Position numbers and translations under genes: made by a program
Shown: positions 16,236-24,038 of the stretch, piece after piece
Layout of the letters: each line of letters begins with the position of its first letter
Position numbering within the stretch: position 1 is the stretch's first letter
From: Escherichia phage JL1
Reading direction: 5' to 3' (one strand)
DNA length: 43,457 nt
Sequence record: JX865427
Notes under the pieces: model-generated
What the model saw: the letters and a program-made list of their open reading frames with translations, nothing else
The model's database searches: none
Told to the model about the DNA's origin: nothing

Positions 16236-16409
16236 ATGGTTGAAGAAAAACGTTGTAGTAATTGCGGTTGTGTTAAACCGCTATCCCAGTTCCACAAATA
16301 CACCGGAAAGACGGCGCGTAGCCCAGACGGGTATCGGGCCGAGTGCAAATCGTGCCGAAATAAAAAAGAGCGTGAACGGCAGCGCCGCTACCGTGCCGCG
16401 CAAGCATAA
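16236..16409 (+). CDS. small zinc-ribbon protein (hypothetical)
   Basis: 57 aa with CxxC...CxxC and basic C-terminus; GAGGA RBS. Confidence 0.45.
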   Translation: MVEEKRCSNCGCVKPLSQFHKYTGKTARSPDGYRAECKSCRNKKERERQRRYRAAQA

Positions 16410-16411
16410 TT

Positions 16412-16437
16412 AATACGGCGGGCTTGTCCCGCCATTT
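16412..16437 (+). terminator. putative terminator/attenuator
   Basis: Stem ggcggg / cccgcc followed by ATTTTT. Confidence 0.4.
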
Positions 16438-16452
16438 TTGGGAGACATGACG

Positions 16453-16671
16453 ATGAAAGAACACTACCGACTAACCACACTGGGCGAATGCAAACCAGGC
16501 GATCGAGTATGGTTTATCGCGGGCATGAATAACCCGCTGCCGTTAACGGTGTGCTGGCAAAAATTTAAGAGCTTCCGGGCGACCGGCGTGCACATCGGAC
16601 ACGCCACCAACTACGACGCCACAAAAAGGAACTGGAACAGTGAGACAGAAGTCTGGAAAAAGGCGGAATAA
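16453..16671 (+). CDS. hypothetical protein
   Basis: GGAG RBS 8 nt upstream of ATG at 16453 (alternative ATG at 16447). Confidence 0.45.
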   Translation: MKEHYRLTTLGECKPGDRVWFIAGMNNPLPLTVCWQKFKSFRATGVHIGHATNYDATKRNWNSETEVWKKAE

Positions 16672-16675
16672 AGAT

Positions 16676-18100
16676 ATGGCACGATTCCGACGCCGCGAAT
16701 ATCAGAAGTTGATAACCGCGTTCATCCTCAAGCATAAGCGATGCAATATATGGGCGACAATGGGGTCGGGTAAAACTGGCGCGACCATGTGGGCGCTGAA
16801 TAAAATGTTCCAGACCGGCATCCTGTCCCACCAGGAGGACCGCGTACTGGTGCTGGCCCCTCTACGCGTTGCATCCGGCACATGGCCCCCGGAACAGGAA
16901 AAATGGCGCTTCCCCGCCTTGCTGGTAGTAGATGGCACTGGGTCGGAGAAGGACCGCATCGCTGCGCTTGAGAGCGACGCTAACGTGGTTTGTATTAACT
17001 ATGATGTAGTTGAGTGGCTCGTCGAGTATTGCGGCGACGAGTGGCCCTTTACGGTCGTGGTTGCCGATGAATCGACTAAGCTGAAAGGCTATCGAAGCAA
17101 GCAGGGAAGTAAGCGCGCCCGTGCGCTGGCAGCGATCGCACATAAGCACGTCAAGCGCTGGATTAACCTGACCGGCACACCCGCGCCAAACGGGCTGAAA
17201 GACCTATGGGGCCAGACGTGGTTTGTCGACGGGGGCGAACGCCTCGGCAGTAGTTATAAGGCATTCACGGATCGCTGGTTTATTAGCAAGCCTGTTAAGC
17301 CTGGCAGCTTCACTATGCAGCACGCCCCGCTTAAGAACTCCGAGAAAGAAATCCAACAACGCCTGTCCGACGTGTCGCTAACAGTTGACGCGGCTGAATA
17401 CTTCGGGTGTGACAAGCCAATCTACACGCCGGTTGTAGTGGACCTGCCGAAGAAAGCCCGCAAGATTTATGACCAGTTCGAAGCGGAGCTATTTGCGGAA
17501 CTGGAAAGCGGAACAGTGGAGGCGGCTAACGCTGCGTCGAAGACTATTAAGTGCCTTCAGCTTGCTTCCGGGGCAGTGTATAAAGTCGACGAAGACGGCG
17601 AGCGCACCGACGAATGGGTGAAAATCCACGACGCTAAACTGGACGCGCTGGAAAGTATCGTGGAGGAGTTGAACGGCGCACCGTTGCTCGTCGCATACCA
17701 ATATAAGCATGATCTGGCGCGTCTCAAGAAGAAATTCCCGCACGGAGTAGCGATGGGTAAGGGTACGCAAGGAAATAAGGATATGGAAGCGTGGAACAGG
17801 GGTGAGATCCCCATCATGTTCGCACACCCGGCATCGGCGGGTCACGGCCTTAACTTGCAGGATGGCGGACACCACCTTGCTATTTTTTCAGACACCTGGA
17901 ACTATGAGCACTTTGCGCAGATCGTGGAGCGTATCGGGCCAGTTCGCCAGATGCAAGCCGGACACCCTCGTCCAGTATTCGTCTACATTATCCAGGCGCG
18001 CGGCACGCTGGATGAACTGGTCGCCGAGCGTCGTGACAGTAAGCGAGACATTCAGGACGATTTAATGGAATACATGAAAGCTAAAAAGGCGCGCAAATGA
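16676..18100 (+). CDS. SNF2-family helicase
   Basis: Walker A MGSGKTGA, motif II VVADEST, SNF2 signature LTGTPAPNGLKDLW; start set at internal ATG (MARFRRR). Confidence 0.85.
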   Translation: MARFRRREYQKLITAFILKHKRCNIWATMGSGKTGATMWALNKMFQTGILSHQEDRVLVLAPLRVASGTWPPEQEKWRFPALLVVDGTGSEKDRIAALESDANVVCINYDVVEWLVEYCGDEWPFTVVVADESTKLKGYRSKQGSKRARALAAIAHKHVKRWINLTGTPAPNGLKDLWGQTWFVDGGERLGSSYKAFTDRWFISKPVKPGSFTMQHAPLKNSEKEIQQRLSDVSLTVDAAEYFGCDKPIYTPVVVDLPKKARKIYDQFEAELFAELESGTVEAANAASKTIKCLQLASGAVYKVDEDGERTDEWVKIHDAKLDALESIVEELNGAPLLVAYQYKHDLARLKKKFPHGVAMGKGTQGNKDMEAWNRGEIPIMFAHPASAGHGLNLQDGGHHLAIFSDTWNYEHFAQIVERIGPVRQMQAGHPRPVFVYIIQARGTLDELVAERRDSKRDIQDDLMEYMKAKKARK

Positions 18101-18792
18101 TTATCTGGTCATTATTTGACGGCAGCGGCTTGATGATTGAACGTGCTGCCGAGATGGGGCATAAGTGTTATTGCTTCAACTACTCCGAAGCCGATCACGG
18201 GTCGTACCTGGACTACCGGATTTATGGGCGCGGTATCCGATATCGTAATGAGTTTATCGATCTGGACTTCGTGGACCGCGCGATGAATGGTGATTTCGGC
18301 ACGCCGGATATCATTTATGCATTCCCGCCGTGTACGGATCTGGCGGTGAGTGGCGCGCCCGCTTTCCCGCGCAAACGCGCCCGCGACCCTGCCTTCCAGC
18401 TTAAGGCGGTGCGCACCGCGAAGATTGCAGCTTACCTGGGTGATTTCTTTGAAGTGCCGTATATGATTGAGAATCCGCGCAGCGTGCTCTCCACTCAATG
18501 GCGTAAGCCGGACCACTCGTTTGACCCGTGGGAGTATGGCGGATATCTGCCGGAGGGTGACGTACACCCGCTCTTCCCGGAATACATCAACGCCCGCGAT
18601 TCATATCCGAAGCTGACCTGCTTATGGACCGGCAACGGCTTCCGTATGCCAGAGAAAAAGCCGGTATTCGTTGAAAAAGGGTACTCGAAGCAGTATAGTC
18701 GCCTCGGAGGCAAATCTGCCCGCACCAAATTAATCAGGTCGCTCACCCCGCGCGGCTTCGCGATAGCGGTTAACGAGGAAAATTTAAAATGA
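18097..18792 (+). CDS. compact DNA (cytosine-5) methyltransferase-like protein
   Basis: 231 aa; motif I LFDGSG, motif IV FPPCTDLAVSG (Pro-Cys), motif VI ENP; very short region where a target-recognition domain would sit. Confidence 0.6.
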   Translation: MIIWSLFDGSGLMIERAAEMGHKCYCFNYSEADHGSYLDYRIYGRGIRYRNEFIDLDFVDRAMNGDFGTPDIIYAFPPCTDLAVSGAPAFPRKRARDPAFQLKAVRTAKIAAYLGDFFEVPYMIENPRSVLSTQWRKPDHSFDPWEYGGYLPEGDVHPLFPEYINARDSYPKLTCLWTGNGFRMPEKKPVFVEKGYSKQYSRLGGKSARTKLIRSLTPRGFAIAVNEENLK

Positions 18793-19112
18793 ATACTGCA
18801 TTCGACGCCATCGACTTTTCAGTGGCAATGACCAATCAGCTTTTTTCCTACGACAGCAAAACAGGCGTTATCCGCCTAAAGTCCACCGGCTGCAAGATTG
18901 GCAACCTCAATACTGCCGATGGCGGTACTCGTATCGAATGCAACGGCAAGACGCTGTCTGGCGCACGTGTGGCGTGGATTATTGAGACTGGCAATACAAT
19001 CCCCCCAGGCTTTGCCGTTGTGTGCCGTCAGCGTACGCCGGGCCATTACGGCAACCGGATCAGCAATCTTTATTTGGTAGACGTAGCGCGCGACCCAAAT
19101 TTTTATTCGTAA
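18789..19112 (+). CDS. HNH_3-like putative endonuclease/DNA-binding protein
   Basis: FSYDSKTGVIRLK, ARVAWIIETGNTIPPGF and GHYGNRISNLYLV resemble phage HNH_3/NUMOD-type proteins; catalytic residues uncertain. Confidence 0.45.
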   Translation: MNTAFDAIDFSVAMTNQLFSYDSKTGVIRLKSTGCKIGNLNTADGGTRIECNGKTLSGARVAWIIETGNTIPPGFAVVCRQRTPGHYGNRISNLYLVDVARDPNFYS

Positions 19113-19117
19113 ATTGG

Positions 19118-19146
19118 TTGCATAACCGTATTGGTTGCATTATATT
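19118..19146 (+). promoter_or_regulatory. promoter TTGCAT-17-TATATT with tandem ATTGGTTGCAT motifs
   Basis: Two direct copies of ATTGGTTGCAT, one forming the -35 and one abutting the -10. Confidence 0.55.
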
Positions 19147-19193
19147 GAGGGTGTCCAGTTTGGACGCCCTTTTTAATACCCGGAGACAACACG

Positions 19194-19529
19194 ATGAAAA
19201 TTTTACAAGAAGAGAAAAATTACTGGGCCGCACAATGCCTCGAAGCCCGCGAGCAGGCCGAACGAGCTAACGCGTTGGCGGACACCAACCAGGCGCTATA
19301 TGAAGGAGAGAAGAAAGTGCGCCAGGAGCTAGAGGAGCGCTTCGAACTGCTGTTCGAATTGATGGGGATTATGCAGCGCACCGGATACACCACCAGCGTT
19401 GCACTAAACCGCATCACTGCCGACGGGCTGCGTGAGCATTGCAAACGGGCCGAGGAGTACGTGCGTCCGAAGGGCCGCCAGTCTAAGATTGCCCTGTACG
19501 CGATAGACCCAGATCATGCAGAAGAGTGA
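19194..19529 (+). CDS. hypothetical protein (coiled-coil-like)
   Basis: 111-aa charged helical sequence. Confidence 0.5.
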   Translation: MKILQEEKNYWAAQCLEAREQAERANALADTNQALYEGEKKVRQELEERFELLFELMGIMQRTGYTTSVALNRITADGLREHCKRAEEYVRPKGRQSKIALYAIDPDHAEE

Positions 19530-20001
19530 GCAAAAAGATAGCTGGCGCACGCCGCCAGCTTTATTCAAACCGCTTCGTCGGAAGTACCGATTCCGTTACG
19601 ACATGGCGGCGAGCGACGCCAACCATCTGCTACCTCGTTACTTCACGGCAGAGCACAGCGCGCTTGAGGTGGACTGGTCAGAGTTGAAAGGGTGGAAGTG
19701 GTGCAACCCGCCGTATTCCGATCCGCTGCCGTGGGTCGAGTGCGCAGCGCATGGACGTCGGACCGTCATGCTACTAAATCAGGACACGTCGACAAAGTGG
19801 GCACGGTTGGCCCGGAAGACTGCAAACCTGATAATTCTTCTGGACTGGCGTATCAGATTTATACACGCTGTAACCGGTGAAGTCGGGCCGAGCAATAACA
19901 AGTGCCAGCAATTGATAATCTTTGACGAAGCGCCACCCACCGGCAGCGCACAAATTGAAATAATGAGCGAGGGAGAACTACGTGAATATCTTAATCGTTG
20001 A
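19516..20001 (+). CDS. phage-type DNA N6-adenine methyltransferase (Dam-like)
   Basis: N-terminal WRTPPALF and catalytic NPPY motif (WKWCNPPYSD). Confidence 0.85.
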   Translation: MQKSEQKDSWRTPPALFKPLRRKYRFRYDMAASDANHLLPRYFTAEHSALEVDWSELKGWKWCNPPYSDPLPWVECAAHGRRTVMLLNQDTSTKWARLARKTANLIILLDWRIRFIHAVTGEVGPSNNKCQQLIIFDEAPPTGSAQIEIMSEGELREYLNR

Positions 20002-20206
20002 TCGCGACCCTGCGGTCGTAGACCAAATGCAAAAAGACTACTGCATAGACCCGCGACGCAATCGTGTGGTGCGCGCGTCTCGTCCCGAATACATCTTGGG
20101 CCTTGACCTCACCGGTTGGCTTGTCATGACTCAGCGTTGCCATTTCGTGTGCAACTCCTTTACCGCGCGAAGCGCCCGTTACACCCTTATTGAGAGCTTA
20201 AAATGA
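19982..20206 (+). CDS. hypothetical protein (non-ATG start)
   Basis: 74-aa ORF with apparent GTG start, no clear RBS. Confidence 0.3.
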   Translation: MNILIVDRDPAVVDQMQKDYCIDPRRNRVVRASRPEYILGLDLTGWLVMTQRCHFVCNSFTARSARYTLIESLK

Positions 20207-20673
20207 AATTACTGATTTGTGATCTGGATGGCGTTATTAATGGATCAAGCGATGCGCGCGCCGACCTGGTGCCGGGGATAAAAACGAAATCCACCTTTTG
20301 GGCGAAGTGGCACAAAGCGCACGTCCGCGAAGACCTGAACATGGATATGCTGCCGCTACTGCGCATGTATAAAGAGCAAGGCTTCGAGATCGCGTATCTG
20401 ACAAACCGGCAGCGCGAATGCTGGGACACCACCGCCGAGCAATTGGAGGTCTTCCCGGTCGGCCGGTTGTTTATGCGCCACATGCTGGACGACACCCCGC
20501 CGCCAGAGTTTAAGGCGTGCGCCGTGTTCAAAATGGTCTGCTACGCGGACGTGTCTGAACTGGTCATCATTGAAGATTGCGAGAAGAACATCGCGGCAAT
20601 TCGTCGGGCGTGTGGTGATTTGGTCCCGAAAATTTACGCAATAAACGTTGCAAAATTCACTTGCAACCAATAG
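20203..20673 (+). CDS. HAD-superfamily phosphatase-like protein
   Basis: Motif I DLDGV at N-terminus; downstream LTNR and acidic motifs. Confidence 0.6.
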   Translation: MKLLICDLDGVINGSSDARADLVPGIKTKSTFWAKWHKAHVREDLNMDMLPLLRMYKEQGFEIAYLTNRQRECWDTTAEQLEVFPVGRLFMRHMLDDTPPPEFKACAVFKMVCYADVSELVIIEDCEKNIAAIRRACGDLVPKIYAINVAKFTCNQ

Positions 20674-20690
20674 GTTGGTTGCACTATAGT
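20661..20690 (+). promoter_or_regulatory. promoter TTGCAA-18-TATAGT over an inverted TGCAACCAA repeat
   Basis: Palindrome tgcaaccaa-tagg-ttggttgca spans -35 and spacer. Confidence 0.5.
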
Positions 20691-20735
20691 AAACGTGTCG
20701 GGGGCAATACAGCCCCCACTAAAAAGGGTAATACT

Positions 20736-21290
20736 GTGAAAGCATACGAATACTGCAAAAACGCCGCCACCACTATGGAACAGCGCGGGAAAGAAAACGG
20801 CTATGACAACGCGAAAGAAGAACGCAGCGCTAAACAAATCGCTGCCGTGTTTAACGCGCTTACCGGGCGAGACCTGTCCGAGCAAGAAGCCTGGACCTTC
20901 CTGATCTGCCTGAAGCTGGTGCGCCAGCACCGTAAGCACCAGGAAGATAATATCGTGGACCTGGTAGCGTATGCCGCCCTGCTGGGAGAGTCTTACATGA
21001 CCGTTCATGATGAGATTCAGATCGATACAACGGCGGCACAATTCGACAGCCTCAAAGGCCTGTCCATGCGTCTCGACGGTGAGATTAATGCGTATAACAG
21101 CGCAATTCGCGTTGCAGAAGATACGGTGGCCTCGTTTGGCAAGACGGTGAAGGCCCACGATTTTGGGGTTGTAGCGCAAGACGTCCAGCCTATGGTAGTG
21201 CTCACGGGCGAAGACGGATCGAAAATCTGCATGACGCAGGAAGATTTCCGTAACATGGAAAAAACACTTGTGACTGGCGCACTTAAATAA
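20736..21290 (+). CDS. hypothetical protein
   Basis: GTG at 20736 has an AAGGG RBS; the ORF-track ATG at 20661 lies inside the promoter. Confidence 0.5.
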   Translation: MKAYEYCKNAATTMEQRGKENGYDNAKEERSAKQIAAVFNALTGRDLSEQEAWTFLICLKLVRQHRKHQEDNIVDLVAYAALLGESYMTVHDEIQIDTTAAQFDSLKGLSMRLDGEINAYNSAIRVAEDTVASFGKTVKAHDFGVVAQDVQPMVVLTGEDGSKICMTQEDFRNMEKTLVTGALK

Positions 21291-21331
21291 TTTAATCGCG
21301 GGCTTCGGCCCGCATCAATGAGGGATTCACA

Positions 21332-21907
21332 ATGTACGGCGAATATGAAATAACCGGTAAACAATTCCACCTGGCGGCAATGATAGCAAGCATCGAGTTT
21401 GAACAGTGGCGCTTAAAGTCTGACGCGTGCAAACAAAGCCGCCTGGTCGGTGTGCTTGGTGAGATGTTTGCAGGCATGTACCTCGAAGGGCAGGCGGGCG
21501 GGCGTAGCTGTATCCCGCAAGGTTTGCTAATGCGTACCGGCCTGTTTAGCGCTAACACAATCGACCGCGGCGATATTATCATGGTCGGCAAGCGCAAGGT
21601 AAAATCCGGCCCCGACTTCCGAGAACATATGATTGATGCCGTCTGGACCTACGAGGTTAAGGCAACCAGCAGCATCCGTCGCGGACTGGTCGAGGCACGT
21701 TGCGCTCGCGAATACCTTACCCGTCGCGTTGCCGGTGTTATCCTGGTGGGCGTATCGTTCGGGCAACATAGCGCGCATGGCGTGATTGAAGATATTGCGG
21801 AGCCATACGTGATAGTGAACGACTGGCCCCTGGTGGAAGTGGATGGTAAGGAATACTACGAAAGCCCGCTGGTTCGGCGCAAAATGGACTGGGAGAACTC
21901 AAACTAA
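21332..21907 (+). CDS. hypothetical protein
   Basis: 191-aa ORF, last gene of the plus-strand arm, followed by the convergent terminator. Confidence 0.5.
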   Translation: MYGEYEITGKQFHLAAMIASIEFEQWRLKSDACKQSRLVGVLGEMFAGMYLEGQAGGRSCIPQGLLMRTGLFSANTIDRGDIIMVGKRKVKSGPDFREHMIDAVWTYEVKATSSIRRGLVEARCAREYLTRRVAGVILVGVSFGQHSAHGVIEDIAEPYVIVNDWPLVEVDGKEYYESPLVRRKMDWENSN

Positions 21908-21931
21908 AAAAAAAAGGGGCCGCACGGCCCC
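21906..21931. terminator. bidirectional terminator between the convergent plus-arm and tail fiber genes
   Basis: A10 + stem ggggccg / cggcccc; reads as hairpin + T10 on the minus strand. Confidence 0.7.
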
Positions 21932-21937
21932 TTCTCC

Positions 21938-23734
21938 TTATTTACCTTCCAGCTTCTCCACTTTATGCAACAGGTGGACGAAGGCGGCACACAGGTCCAT
22001 CAACAGCACGTTACTGTCCAGAGACAGCACATCGTCGGTATACCCGATCTCCTTGCGGTCGACTACAACCTCGTTCCCTTCCTCGTCAACCCCCTTGACG
22101 TCCTCATAAATGGCGTAACCCGGCAGCAAATGCACGTATTCCGGGTCAATCCTTGCCAGGTCCTGCGCGATAAGGCCGTATCGCTGTACGTCAGACTCCT
22201 TATACTTGAACATCGCCGGAAGCCATTGTCGAACTCGGTTGTAACTTTCCTCGCCGTCCGTGTATTTGATTTCTTTTTTAAGGTCGCGGTCTGATAGCGG
22301 CGCTTTCTGGAACTCGTTAACCGACGGGTTGCCGCTGTTACCACTAATAAGCCTGCCGTCCGGTAGGAATCGGAATAGCGCCTCAGTAAAGCCGTCCTTC
22401 CACACATGGACGCGGTAGTCTGATAAGTGGGCATCCCCGGCCCTTACCAGGCCCGCGCGCGTCCAATCCGTGTACCACTTATGCATCGTCTGCCCAACCC
22501 AGCTATCAATCCCGAAAGACGCATTGGATATAATCAAACCGTTACGCTCGACATCATTGAAGACTAGCGATTCACCACCGTTCAGGCGCAACGTGCCAAG
22601 TTTTACTTTATTGTTATCGCCCAACCCGAAATTAGAGCGCGCCTTCGCTGCCGTTGTTGCCGCAGTGCCGCCTTTTTCGATCGGAACGGTGTTTTCAGTG
22701 GCAACAGACCCAAGACCAAGATTAGAGCGCGCCTTCGCTGCCGTTGTTGCCGCAGTGCCGCCTTTTTCGATCGGAACGGTGTTTTCCGTGGCAACAGACC
22801 CAAGACCAAGATTAGAGCGCGCAGCGGCTACCGTCGTCGCGGCGGTTCCCCCTTTCTTGATCGGAACGGTGTTTTCAGTGGCAACAGACCCAAGACCAAG
22901 ATTAGAGCGTGCCGCCGATTTATCAGTTAGCCCCGCCAGGTTGCCGGTTTTGGTTAGCAGATTATCGGCGTTTACGCTTTGTGCCCATTCTTTGGCCTGA
23001 TCGCGAAATCCCTGCGCGGCAGCGCTGGCGGCCTGCGCGTCAGTCTTCGCCGTATTAGCTTTGTCACGAATAACGCCGGTTTCAGTCTTAATCTGGTTCG
23101 TCTGCGTCTTGATGGCCTGCGTATCCGCCTTAATCTTGTCCGTCTGCGTCTTGATGGTATTGGTGGCGTCGTGGACCGCCTGCGTGTCGCTGAGGATTGC
23201 CAGGCTCTGCACCTTGTATCCTTCGGCCTCATTGCGAAATCCTTCGGCCTCATTGCGAAATCCTTGCGCTGCTGCTTCAGACGCGGCGGCTTGTTGTTGC
23301 AGGTTGCGCATCTCAACTGGGTCAACTTCCTTCAGCAATTGCGACAGATAGCCCCATGACATACCCTGCATAACTTGCCCGTTCGGCAGCGTTACCGCGA
23401 TTTCTTCCTCGTCTCCGAAGATTGCGCGCCAGTTGTTTTCGTCCGCGAGCATCAAGCGCAACGCTTTCTGCGCCTGTACTGTTACGCCCATCGTTGCCAG
23501 CGACATGGTATCGCGCTTAACGCCATCCCACGCGAGGCCCGTTGCCGTGGGGCCGTCGAACGGCAGCACAAGCGTAAGCGCGGTGTCGCTTTCTACGGAC
23601 GAGATCGCAACAGTGTAAGGAACTTGCCCCACTACCAGCGATAAGAAGTCGCCTGCTTTAAACGCGGTAAACGTCGTGCCTACCCCGACAACCGCCTTGC
23701 TGTTATTCTTTACGGATAGTGTACCCGCTGCCAT
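21938..23734 (-). CDS. side tail fiber with C-terminal intramolecular chaperone (peptidase S74-like) domain
   Basis: 598 aa; three 30-aa repeats ...GGTAATTAAKARSNLGLGSVATENTVPIEK; C-terminal SDRDLKKEI... region typical of self-cleaving fiber chaperone domains. Confidence 0.8.
   Translation of the reverse strand: MAAGTLSVKNNSKAVVGVGTTFTAFKAGDFLSLVVGQVPYTVAISSVESDTALTLVLPFDGPTATGLAWDGVKRDTMSLATMGVTVQAQKALRLMLADENNWRAIFGDEEEIAVTLPNGQVMQGMSWGYLSQLLKEVDPVEMRNLQQQAAASEAAAQGFRNEAEGFRNEAEGYKVQSLAILSDTQAVHDATNTIKTQTDKIKADTQAIKTQTNQIKTETGVIRDKANTAKTDAQAASAAAQGFRDQAKEWAQSVNADNLLTKTGNLAGLTDKSAARSNLGLGSVATENTVPIKKGGTAATTVAAARSNLGLGSVATENTVPIEKGGTAATTAAKARSNLGLGSVATENTVPIEKGGTAATTAAKARSNFGLGDNNKVKLGTLRLNGGESLVFNDVERNGLIISNASFGIDSWVGQTMHKWYTDWTRAGLVRAGDAHLSDYRVHVWKDGFTEALFRFLPDGRLISGNSGNPSVNEFQKAPLSDRDLKKEIKYTDGEESYNRVRQWLPAMFKYKESDVQRYGLIAQDLARIDPEYVHLLPGYAIYEDVKGVDEEGNEVVVDRKEIGYTDDVLSLDSNVLLMDLCAAFVHLLHKVEKLEGK
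22621..22910. repeat. three tandem 90-bp repeats inside the tail fiber gene
   Basis: Units 22631-22720 and 22721-22810 differ at ~1 nt; third unit diverged centrally. Confidence 0.8.
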
Positions 23735-23755
23735 AGCTGAATCCTCTTAAATTGG

Positions 23756-23790
23756 TTGCAATCTTGGTCGAGCGGTGCAATACTAAAACT
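23756..23790 (+). promoter_or_regulatory. promoter candidate (TTGCAA-17-AATACT) for the lipoprotein cassette
   Basis: ATTGGTTGCAA motif forms the -35; weak -10. Confidence 0.35.
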
Positions 23791-23814
23791 CAACCAAATA
23801 TAGGGGATGATACC

Positions 23815-24036
23815 ATGAAAACATTAATTGTGATTTGTGCGGTTCTTCTGTCCGGCTGTGCGGTAGAACGTAACAACGGCGATTGCATTACGGTCGCTTA
23901 CGGTAGCTGCATGTTGCGCTACGTTGACGGGCAAAAAGCCCCTGCCGGGGATGTTGACATGCGCTTCGCTGGCCTGTCCGCGGATAGTGACGGCAACTTC
24001 TCTGGTACGGTATCAGTTAAATCTCGGGAGTGGTAA
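23815..24036 (+). CDS. small lipoprotein
   Basis: Signal peptide MKTLIVICAVLLSGC with lipobox LSGC; AGGGGA RBS. Confidence 0.65.
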   Translation: MKTLIVICAVLLSGCAVERNNGDCITVAYGSCMLRYVDGQKAPAGDVDMRFAGLSADSDGNFSGTVSVKSREW

Positions 24037-24038
24037 TT

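Noticed and set aside
20736-21290. Assigning a specific enzymatic function (e.g. nucleotide pyrophosphohydrolase) to the 20736-21290 protein
   Set aside because: Only a vague resemblance of a helical segment (QIAAVFNALTG...LKLVRQ); no diagnostic catalytic motif could be identified by eye, so it is left as hypothetical.
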